From positions 62,001 through 126,000 of the IMG/VR virus record IMGVR_UViG_3300024308_000302: 64,000 nucleotides of DNA. One strand, given 5' to 3'. The notes under the pieces were generated by a model. That model searched no databases and had not been told where the DNA came from. It was given only the letters and a program-made list of their open reading frames with translations. The translations under genes were made by a program, and so were the position numbers. Within the stretch, counting starts at the first letter, position 1; every line of letters begins with the position of its first letter. This document shows positions 47,195 through 55,013 of this stretch, one piece after another.

Positions 47195-47719
47195 TTATTT
47201 TTTGAGATTGAGATTGAGACTCGTTAGTAATGAGTTCATATAGTTCTCAAGTTTTGCGGACCAAATAAATGCTTCATCTTCTGTTTCAAAGAAACGATTG
47301 AAAACAGAAAGACCATGACTAAAACCAGCCCGTTCATTGTCCATAAACGGTACAACAAGACGAACATAAGGCAGTAGTCGAGTGCCATGTTCTTCTGAGA
47401 AATGACCATCCCAATAAATGGAAGTCCACATTTTAGAATCATAGTCATCATTTACTGTTTCAATAAAAGTAGTAAAATGCTTAGATTTAAAGAACTCTGG
47501 TTCTTCCAACAAAGTCTCTTTATAATCCTCAACAAATAAATTGAAATAATTATTGAGAGCAGCAATATAAGCATCTTCTTCTGATGGATCTTCGAAAGTC
47601 TCAGACCAAATAAGAACCCCAGCAGGAAATTGAGTTTCCGCAAGATTCATAAACTCTGGTGCCAAGTAAATGGAAGTAACACCATCTACCTTGTTTACAA
47701 TAAGAAAATTCTGGTTCAT
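47195..47719 (-). CDS. hypothetical protein
   Basis: Start MNQNFL after GAGG. Confidence 0.8.
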   Translation of the reverse strand: MNQNFLIVNKVDGVTSIYLAPEFMNLAETQFPAGVLIWSETFEDPSEEDAYIAALNNYFNLFVEDYKETLLEEPEFFKSKHFTTFIETVNDDYDSKMWTSIYWDGHFSEEHGTRLLPYVRLVVPFMDNERAGFSHGLSVFNRFFETEDEAFIWSAKLENYMNSLLTSLNLNLKK

Positions 47720-47731
47720 TTTAAACACCTC

Positions 47732-48364
47732 TCAAGAGTTTTTTTCAATGACTTGCAACAAATACACAAGATCATCTGGTAATAGTGGAATCAAACTTTC
47801 TTTAATGAAGTTAATTTGAATAAAATAATGGCCAGATTCTTTTTTGAAATGATAATCAACAGAATGAAGCATTGTTTTAATATCTTCACCCATAAGCCGA
47901 TCATAGTAAACAACAAGATTTTCATTTCGAACAAAAGCAAAACAATTAATTTCTTTAAACTTAGCAATAAGATAATCGACTTCTTTCTTATTCAAAGTTT
48001 TCAATTCAAAATGAAGAATACTTGAAAGTCGAGCTTCTGGAATTTTAAGTTTTTCTTCAAATTCAATTCGATTAGCTGTGATTTTTTCATTAATTTCGAT
48101 ATTATTGTTATAAGCAACCTGATTAATTTGATCTACACCCGACATAAATTGTTGAAGGGTTTCACGAAGCTCAACACGAAGTTTGCGAAGTTCAGGCGTA
48201 AGCAATGTTTCTTCTGGTTGTTCCAGCAAGCTGATAAGAGTGACCGTTTCGTCATCGTTGAAAACATCTGGAGTATTGATGACCTGTTGACGGCAAGCAA
48301 CAAGAGCAGCTTGTTTTTTCTTATAGGCTTCAACAATCTCTGCAATCTGAATAGCTTTACTCAT
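47732..48364 (-). CDS. coiled-coil hypothetical protein
   Basis: 210 aa ORF. Confidence 0.8.
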   Translation of the reverse strand: MSKAIQIAEIVEAYKKKQAALVACRQQVINTPDVFNDDETVTLISLLEQPEETLLTPELRKLRVELRETLQQFMSGVDQINQVAYNNNIEINEKITANRIEFEEKLKIPEARLSSILHFELKTLNKKEVDYLIAKFKEINCFAFVRNENLVVYYDRLMGEDIKTMLHSVDYHFKKESGHYFIQINFIKESLIPLLPDDLVYLLQVIEKNS

Positions 48365-48445
48365 GATAATAGATCCATTTTATTCAATAGGAGAATTATA
48401 GCACAAATAGATTAATCAAACAAGAAAAAACGGCCAGAAGGCCGC

Positions 48446-48700
48446 TTAGCAAATTGGAATGCCTTGTTTTAAAGTGTAACGCCCAGTCTCGTAACGAAAA
48501 AGTTCAATTATCATGTTGCTGTTATGGTCGATAATATCCAATACTCGTTCCATATCATCTTCAAAAAGATCAACTTTTTGAGCAACTACAGTACAAGAGT
48601 TAGCATTTACTTTGATAAAAACAGAATTTTTTTTCAAAGTTTTGATATCGTCTTCGTCAAGTTTCTCAAGTTCAATGTCTTGATTGATAACTACACGCAT
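48446..48700 (-). CDS. hypothetical protein
   Basis: Start MRVVIN after GGAG. Confidence 0.7.
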   Translation of the reverse strand: MRVVINQDIELEKLDEDDIKTLKKNSVFIKVNANSCTVVAQKVDLFEDDMERVLDIIDHNSNMIIELFRYETGRYTLKQGIPIC

Positions 48701-48717
48701 ATATATTCTCCAATAAA

Positions 48718-48927
48718 TTAAAAAACAATGAACCCAACAAAAGCCAGTGTTAAAACGAGAGTCCAAAACTTGAGTGATTTGAAAATCTCATAAGTAGAAG
48801 GTCTGAATAGAAAATTTGGCCTATGAGCATAGACAAAAGCTCTTGCATAGCCATTTTCACACATCACCAGTTCATCAGTTCCACCACAATCAACACAAGT
48901 GCAATATAGCATATTAGTCACCTTCAT
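48718..48927 (-). CDS. small C-terminally anchored protein with CxxC
   Basis: CVDCGG and C-terminal TM. Confidence 0.65.
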   Translation of the reverse strand: MKVTNMLYCTCVDCGGTDELVMCENGYARAFVYAHRPNFLFRPSTYEIFKSLKFWTLVLTLAFVGFIVF

Positions 48928-48974
48928 TTACTCATCTTTGGATAATTATAGCAGAAACCGAAAATATAGGCAAT

Positions 48975-49247
48975 AAAAAAGCCATCAAATGATGGCTTGA
49001 AGTGTGCAATATAGATGATGTTCAGAGAAGTTTAAAAAACATCAAAAATGGATTGCTAAGTTCCTAATATAGCGACCTCATGACTGTTGTAATCGTCGTG
49101 TCATTCAAAAGTATCGCAATTTCAACGACCGCTCGGGCGATTACACAGCACTTCTTTTCGATAGGAACAATATTGTTTTAAATTTTACCAATCATAATCA
49201 AACGAACCACAGTTTTTTTGAAGAATTTCTACTTTTACCAAAGACAG
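48975..49247 (-). ncRNA. candidate small RNA (or decayed gene)
   Basis: TTGCAT-17-TATAAT; GTAATCG/CGATTAC and GTCGTT/AATGAC stems; terminator 48979-48998; no RBS-led ORF. Confidence 0.35.
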
Positions 49248-49421
49248 AGCAAGATTATAACAGAATTAACGATAAGATGCAATTTTTTAAAACAATGATA
49301 ATGAGAATCAAAATCATGAATAGAATTGATTTAAATAAAGCTCTAAATGTATAAAAATTCAATATTTGACTTATATAATATATGAGGTATTATTTTTTAT
49401 AGCTAAAAATAAGGAATTAAA

Positions 49422-49850
49422 ATGCATCTAACTAATAAAGAATTAAATTATATAGCAGGGTTTAATGAATATCAATTTATGGAACTTAAAAATAATATTG
49501 ATAAAATAAAAAAAATATTAAATTTAAATGTCTATAATTATCCAGATCCAAAAAGTTTTGATACAAATTATTATTTTACAATTAGTGGGAACCATAGAAT
49601 AATAATTATACACGATGATTTTAAACATATATTAAAATATACACAGAATCAAAAAGATATTGCCTCTAATTTAATAACACAATTAAATTTTAAATTCGTA
49701 TTTAAAAATATAGATACATTAAAAATTGAGTTAGATGATTACAATTCAGTTGAATACTTTGTAAATAATGAAAATTTTATTAATAATTTTGACGATTTAA
49801 ACGGGCACTTATGGGATAAAGCTGTTTTGGTAATATATCAAAAAATGTAA
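49422..49850 (+). CDS. AT-rich hypothetical protein
   Basis: 142 aa, AAGGA RBS, opposite strand. Confidence 0.75.
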   Translation: MHLTNKELNYIAGFNEYQFMELKNNIDKIKKILNLNVYNYPDPKSFDTNYYFTISGNHRIIIIHDDFKHILKYTQNQKDIASNLITQLNFKFVFKNIDTLKIELDDYNSVEYFVNNENFINNFDDLNGHLWDKAVLVIYQKM

Positions 49851-49900
49851 AAATAAAAAGACATATTCATATGTCTTTTTTATTAAATGTAGAATAAAAA

Positions 49901-50171
49901 CTACTTGATAAAAATGTTGATTATTTTTACGAAAAAGTTTTTAAGAGAATAATGATTGCCATCAGTTTGAATATAAGTAGCCCAAACAATATTGAAACAT
50001 TCAAGAGCTAAAGCATGATGATCAGAATGAACAATCAAAGGGCCTTGTTTACGGTTTCAATCATATTGGAATTCAGAAGATACAAGATGGTCACAGATCC
50101 AATCAAACATATAGATCTGGTCATGACTCATTTTATAAAAATGACCTTTCCAGAAAAGACACATAAGATAA
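49901..50171 (-). pseudogene. probable gene remnant downstream of the tnpB right end
   Basis: Protein-like frame YLMCLFWKGHFYKMSHDQ...QYD*NRKQGPL... with one internal TGA. Confidence 0.4.
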
Positions 50172-51301
50172 TTGACATCCACCCCATAGCTAAAGCAAGG
50201 AGATTCCTTCCGCAAGACGGCCATGCCCGACCGCAAGAATGTTAATGGCTGCGTTTACATCTCGTTGATGTATGCCACCGCATACATCACATTTCCATTC
50301 TCTTATTCGCAGCCCATCTAATCCTTTCGGCCCAGTTAAAGACTTACAAAGATGACAGGTGCGGGTTGTGTCTCTTTCGTCAACATTATTATCTAGTAGT
50401 ATGCCTGCGTTATCGCATTTATTTTTCAGCATACTTCTAATCAGGCCAAAGCCTGCATCTAATGTTGACTTTCCTCTTTTTGCTTTGAGCATTTTCTTAA
50501 TGCTCAAATCTCCAACATAAATCTCACTAAAATTTTTGACTAAATTTGTAGTGAATTTATGTAGAGAGTCTTTTCTAATATTAGCAATTTTAGCATGAAT
50601 ATTACGAACTCTTTTTTTATTATTAGCTCTTTGTTGAACTTTTAATTGTTTTTCATATTGTCTATAAACTTGATTATATTTAGTTTCACTTCCATCACTA
50701 GCCGTAGCAGAAGCTTTGAACCCAAGATCAACACCAACAGCCCCTTGACCAGACGACAATACTCTTGGTACTTCAACAACAACATTGAAGTACCAACGAC
50801 CACGAGCATCTTCATTAAAAGAAGCATTTTTAAATTCGTATTTTGACAGTTCATAACTGTCAAATACTGAATAATATTGCTTATTGAAATAAACTTGACC
50901 ATTCACCCAAGAAGCTGCTTTTGAGTTTATTGGAATCCAACCAAGACTTCTTCTTGATCCAAATGTTTTTCGCCATTTGAGTTTTTGTTTTTTAAACTGT
51001 TTTCTTCGAGTAGCATATTCTTTACAAATGGATTGAATGGTTTGACTATGCAAACCAAGTTCTTTAGCAGAACCATTGGTATATTTTTGCAGATCATAAT
51101 TTGAAAGAAACTTTTTATGTTCAACTATGTTTCTATGACTTAATTCATTAAGATAATTCCAAACAAAATTAACGTTCTTAGCCATCTGGCAAAGAACGTT
51201 TTTATGTTTATCTTTAACTCTAACTTTTAGAGTTTTTGTTGTATATTCGGAATTATTCATAGGTGAAATTATAGATTAAAATAAGAAAAAAGTCAATAGT
51301 T
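50172..51301 (-). mobile_element. IS200/IS605-family tnpB-only element
   Basis: Right end GGAATCTCC...GGGGTGGATGTCAA overlapping the tnpB stop; no tnpA; left end uncertain. Confidence 0.75.
50190..51260 (-). CDS. tnpB: RNA-guided endonuclease TnpB (rearranged RuvC type)
   Basis: VDLG, IYVGDL, VDERDTT, CHLC...CDVC Zn finger, RDVNAA. Confidence 0.93.
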   Translation of the reverse strand: MNNSEYTTKTLKVRVKDKHKNVLCQMAKNVNFVWNYLNELSHRNIVEHKKFLSNYDLQKYTNGSAKELGLHSQTIQSICKEYATRRKQFKKQKLKWRKTFGSRRSLGWIPINSKAASWVNGQVYFNKQYYSVFDSYELSKYEFKNASFNEDARGRWYFNVVVEVPRVLSSGQGAVGVDLGFKASATASDGSETKYNQVYRQYEKQLKVQQRANNKKRVRNIHAKIANIRKDSLHKFTTNLVKNFSEIYVGDLSIKKMLKAKRGKSTLDAGFGLIRSMLKNKCDNAGILLDNNVDERDTTRTCHLCKSLTGPKGLDGLRIREWKCDVCGGIHQRDVNAAINILAVGHGRLAEGISLL

Positions 51302-51484
51302 ATAAAAATTCATCCCCATAGATAAATCAAGGGGCTTTCTTTTTACAAAAGCTTTGGTAAAAGCTTCACGGGTGTGGGATTTTGCCTGTTCTCTATTCGC
51401 ATTATTGCAACGAGCAGTAGAAAACATCTGGAAAAACGTGGTTTTATGCTCAACTGGCATATCATTAAGCGTTACAAGTGTCAT
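51293..51484 (-). CDS. hypothetical protein (possibly truncated by the IS)
   Basis: 63 aa; AAGGA RBS; ends at the putative IS left junction. Confidence 0.65.
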   Translation of the reverse strand: MTLVTLNDMPVEHKTTFFQMFSTARCNNANREQAKSHTREAFTKAFVKRKPLDLSMGMNFYNY

Positions 51485-51590
51485 TGCTCAATTCCTTGAA
51501 TGATGTCTAATACAGCCATTATAACCAATTAAACACCATAAAAGCAATCAAAAATAAGTTTTGTAATAATAAATTAACTCAACTGAAACT

Positions 51591-52088
51591 TTAAACTACT
51601 GTATTTGCAAAATTTTCTTCGCAAATTGTGTTCTCATAAATAAGATGTTTCCATTCAGTAGTAAACAAAGGATCAATTGCAAATTTTTTGAATACAACGG
51701 GTACACCAATATGATCGTAAGCTTCCTCAATCATACCTCTATTATATTCACTTTTGCCTATTTTAAGAGCGACTTCAATTGCCTTTTCTTGTGTTACGTA
51801 AAGCATTGATTGAGCAGCAGCACACTTATTTTTTTCATCAATATATGGGATGTTCAAATAAGCAACTTCATAGCCTTCATCTGGAATGATTTTGTCTTGA
51901 ATTAGTTTAGTGCGATCAATAGTTACAACACCAAAAGTATCAGCAACTGTAACTGGGCTTCTTCGTGGAGCAGTAATGTTAGCTTGAACTACATCAAGAT
52001 TATCATACAAACCTTTCTGAAGAAGCAATGGTCGGCTCGCACCTGTGCTATGTGGATGACGAAGATTGACATATTTAATAAGCAGCAT
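51591..52088 (-). CDS. hypothetical protein
   Basis: Start MLLIKY after GGAG. Confidence 0.8.
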   Translation of the reverse strand: MLLIKYVNLRHPHSTGASRPLLLQKGLYDNLDVVQANITAPRRSPVTVADTFGVVTIDRTKLIQDKIIPDEGYEVAYLNIPYIDEKNKCAAAQSMLYVTQEKAIEVALKIGKSEYNRGMIEEAYDHIGVPVVFKKFAIDPLFTTEWKHLIYENTICEENFANTVV

Positions 52089-52221
52089 AATAAACTCCAA
52101 ATAAATTAGCCTTCAAATTGAATGGATTATAACATAAAAAAGAAAAATTGACAACAAAAAAGCCTACTAGATCACTCTAATAGGCTTCTTTGTAAAGGCT
52201 TTCCACCTTATACGGAAGGTT

Positions 52222-52352
52222 TGGTGCGTATATGCCCACACAGGTCACGAACTGTTGCCAGTCTGGTAGCCACTTCACTATTGAACCAATGTCTTAACCA
52301 TAAAGGGATACGGGCACTGATTCTCAATATGTCACAGTTAGAACTATACTGC
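52222..52352 (-). ncRNA. ~131 nt CCA-ended structured RNA
   Basis: GC(A)GTAT/ATACGC+ACCA; D-arm-like GTTCT/AGAAT; long arm GTGCCC/GGGCAT. Confidence 0.55.
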
Positions 52353-52415
52353 AGCACCTTTGTTTCAAGTTCATATAGGCCATCGAGACAGCCATTCACA
52401 AAGGTTAATACAAAT

Positions 52416-52510
52416 TGGCAGGCTGGTCTGGCCTCGAACCAGAAACTTCCACTCACTCGTGGTGTTTTACCAGAGATCCTATGGCGGATCTATTTTAAAC
52501 TACTCAACCT
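52416..52510 (-). ncRNA. 95 nt aberrant tRNA (Trp-like ends)
   Basis: AGG...CCTGCCA; T-arm TCTGG-TTCGAGG-CCAGA; hairpin inserted in D-loop; 6 nt anticodon loop. Confidence 0.6.
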
Positions 52511-52545
52511 ATTAAATCATAAGACCTACACTATCAAGCAAAAAC

Positions 52546-52651
52546 TGGTGGAAGCGGAAGGATTCGAACCTCCGTGCGGCAAGGTATAGGTTGGTAACAC
52601 CACCCCTCCGCTTAGTTACCTCAGAGTTAAGCCAGACTACTCTACACTTCC
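52546..52651 (-). ncRNA. 106 nt aberrant tRNA with expanded anticodon arm
   Basis: GGAAGTG/CGCTTCC+ACCA, GAGT/ACTC D-arm, GGAGG-TTCGAAT-CCTTC T-arm, ~50 nt between D and T arms. Confidence 0.7.
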
Positions 52652-52667
52652 ATAATTTGTACAGGGC

Positions 52668-52742
52668 TGGTGGTTAAGCTTGGTTTACCTGTGTGACCAA
52701 TTTGAATGGAAGTGTTCCAATTACACTTGCATTCACCACTAC
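52668..52742 (-). ncRNA. degenerate tRNA-sized structured RNA
   Basis: D-arm GTGT-AATTGGA-ACAC, GAATG/CATTC, ACCA end; no T-loop. Confidence 0.4.
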
Positions 52743-52791
52743 TGATCTGGCATAAGCCATTTCTATAAGCAAATATGCATATCTGCTAAAC

Positions 52792-52869
52792 TGGTTGCGG
52801 GAGCAGGATTTGAACCTGCGATCTCCAGCCAATGAAGCTGGTGAGTTAACCGGACTACTCCATCCCGCG
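52792..52869 (-). tRNA. tRNA-Met(CAT), fMet-like acceptor
   Basis: 78 nt cloverleaf with C1:A72 mismatch, anticodon loop TTCATTG, encoded CCA. Confidence 0.88.
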
Positions 52870-52880
52870 TCAAATTTGTT

Positions 52881-52950
52881 CGCAGCACTAAGCCACTTGA
52901 CCTTCGCCCCTAACCTACGCTTGGCCCGGATGAACCTGATGTTCATCTCC
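52881..52950 (-). ncRNA. three-hairpin RNA motif, copy 2
   Basis: GATGAAC/GTTCATC; GGCC-AAGCGT...GGGGCG-AA-GGTC; GTGGC/GCTGC. Confidence 0.5.
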
Positions 52951-53015
52951 CGTATAAAAAAGAGCCGGTTCACCCAACCGTTTTATTTAGACATGTTACT
53001 TATCATCTAAATCTC

Positions 53016-53107
53016 TTGAAAACCTTGTGCCACTGGCACTGACCAACGCCCCGTCCACGCTTGGTCTATTGTAGAGCCTTTATTTCTCTACCCCTTGTTC
53101 GTTTCAA
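53016..53107 (-). ncRNA. three-hairpin RNA motif, copy 1
   Basis: Starts at +1; TTGAAA/TTTCAA closing GTAGAG/CTCTAC, GACCAA/TTGGTC, GTGCC/GGCAC. Confidence 0.55.
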
Positions 53108-53114
53108 TGAGATA

Positions 53115-53143
53115 AGTATAGCAAAATCCAATCTTCATGTCAA
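53115..53143 (-). promoter_or_regulatory. sigma70 promoter of the RNA operon
   Basis: TTGACA-17-TATACT with TG-C extension. Confidence 0.8.
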
Positions 53144-53197
53144 AGCTTTTTGCAGAGTTTTTCCAATAATTTTTCAGATCAAGATCATCACTGCACG

Positions 53198-54352
53198 TTA
53201 TCGATAATGATCTAGAACATCGATTAACAAACTGAAATCACCCCTCAGATTCCCTGAATGGTCAGAATGAAGGTTGAACCCACGAAGTGAATCATAGACC
53301 AGACCATCATCATCATTAAAGTTATCTAAATGATATTGAGACGATTTTACATAACCATAATGTTCTATCATAACTGGATAGCTTTTAGGACCATAATCAC
53401 GACCAATATAGTATTGAACCATTTCCAAATAATTAACGCAGGAATCAATCATTTCTGAATAGTAGAAATCATCTGGCGATGCCTTTACTTCATGGGCTGC
53501 TGTCCAAACTTTATAACGACCAGTAGATTTTTCAAAAACATAAGCATAAAGTGTATTTTGGCTCCTTTGAGACATTAACAAATGGGTTTCTGTTTCAGTC
53601 AAAAACGCATAGTTGTCCATGTCATTAAAAGCAAACTGTTTAACAGATGTTGCTTTTTTCTTTTTAAGCAGTTTTTTCCATCCATTAAACATAGTTTCCA
53701 GATCTTTTTGAGATCCATCAACCATTTGAAAACTTTCAACTTTATTTCTTTCAATGAATTCAAGTTGTTCAGCCGTGAACGCTTCTGGAAAATGATTGCA
53801 CAGTTCAATAAAATCTTTTGAAATGTAGGCAACAGGATATGCGTTGCTAAGACGAACAATGCAATATTCTGAAAATTCATTGCTGCTATATCGATCTTTG
53901 TTTTTAAATTGCATAAAGTCTTGTGCAGGATACAGACTGGTCAGTTTAATAAACTTTTCATGGATAACTTCAACATCATGCACAATTGGTTCTTTAAATT
54001 TATCAGGTAATGCAGAGAAATCAGGAGCTTTATATTTCGAATAAACTGTATACTGATCATATTTTTGTTTAACATGGTAACGAAAACCATCAAGATGAAA
54101 AACAATAGAATTATGAACATTATTAACATTGTTCAAACTTTGGAGTGTAATCTGCTCCATCAAGTCCAATTGCTCTGGAGTAGCAGTTTTATCAAGAATG
54201 GCTCGCATAAGCTCCATCGTCATTTCAACACGGTGAGCACGCAAGTGATGTTCTTTACTTTCAATCAGGCTTTGATCAAAACGGTCTGAAAAAAGATAAT
54301 CAGTGAGTGTATTTACAATAGAAACAACTTCTTGGTTTGAATTGTTGCTCAT
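53198..54352 (-). CDS. hypothetical protein
   Basis: 384 aa ORF. Confidence 0.85.
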   Translation of the reverse strand: MSNNSNQEVVSIVNTLTDYLFSDRFDQSLIESKEHHLRAHRVEMTMELMRAILDKTATPEQLDLMEQITLQSLNNVNNVHNSIVFHLDGFRYHVKQKYDQYTVYSKYKAPDFSALPDKFKEPIVHDVEVIHEKFIKLTSLYPAQDFMQFKNKDRYSSNEFSEYCIVRLSNAYPVAYISKDFIELCNHFPEAFTAEQLEFIERNKVESFQMVDGSQKDLETMFNGWKKLLKKKKATSVKQFAFNDMDNYAFLTETETHLLMSQRSQNTLYAYVFEKSTGRYKVWTAAHEVKASPDDFYYSEMIDSCVNYLEMVQYYIGRDYGPKSYPVMIEHYGYVKSSQYHLDNFNDDDGLVYDSLRGFNLHSDHSGNLRGDFSLLIDVLDHYR

Positions 54353-54657
54353 TACAGATTACCTTTTTCTTGTTCATATTTCGCTTTCATTTTGTCATGA
54401 TAAGCATCACGCTTTGCATCAAACTCAACAAGATCGCTTTCAGAAAGATTACCTTTTTCGTCTTCACGATCAATAAAATGTTCAACAGCCTCGTCAGGAT
54501 ACCAACCACTTGGCACAAGACCACTCAAAATACCAAATTCGATTGCCAAATCAAAAGCAATATTTTCTTTGGTTTCATTTTTAGCACATACTTCTGGAAT
54601 TAGACTAACAACGTGTGCAATCCATTCGTCACGCTTCATAATATATTGAATAGTCAT
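54352..54657 (-). CDS. hypothetical protein
   Basis: 101 aa, AAGGAG RBS, coupled to next gene. Confidence 0.8.
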   Translation of the reverse strand: MTIQYIMKRDEWIAHVVSLIPEVCAKNETKENIAFDLAIEFGILSGLVPSGWYPDEAVEHFIDREDEKGNLSESDLVEFDAKRDAYHDKMKAKYEQEKGNL

Positions 54658-54794
54658 CGTTTAGGCTCCTTAATAATTTTGTCTAATTTCATAGGTGAAT
54701 CATAGCAAAAATAGTTTAAAATGTAAACAAAAAACCATGCCGAAGCATGGTTCAATATTGGTATAAATGATTGAAGTTGCAACTATGGTTAGTA

Positions 54795-54905
54795 TCAGGA
54801 AGCACCACAATATTCACAAGGTGCATAACGAGTTGTTTTTCCACATGAAAGACATTGAAAACCAATCAATTGACAATTATTGCGTTTATATTGGATAATT
54901 TTCAT
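54795..54905 (-). CDS. 36 aa Zn-ribbon peptide (not in ORF track)
   Basis: MKIIQYKRNNCQLIGFQCLSCGKTTRYAPCEYCGAS; AGGAG RBS; terminator 54733-54752. Confidence 0.7.
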   Translation of the reverse strand: MKIIQYKRNNCQLIGFQCLSCGKTTRYAPCEYCGAS

Positions 54906-55013
54906 AAAAATCTCCTAATTATATATTAACCAACACGGTTAGGTACAGTGAAAAACCTTATTAATTTTGATGATATACTTATATCAAAATATCATCATTG
55001 TATCAAAGACTTT

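Noticed and set aside
50152-50171. Second in-window target for the predicted TnpB guide
   Set aside because: No convincing match noticed by eye (only a partial GACACAT near 12.7 kb); an exhaustive search was not possible.
52881-52950. Pistol ribozyme suggested by AAGCGU and GGUUAGGG
   Set aside because: Element order is wrong and the complementary CCCUAA pseudoknot strand is absent.
52208-53010. Short ORFs within the RNA operon (52208..52456, 52221..52589, 52674..52973, 52795..53010)
   Set aside because: They run across tRNA and tRNA-like structures and lack an RBS; considered spurious.
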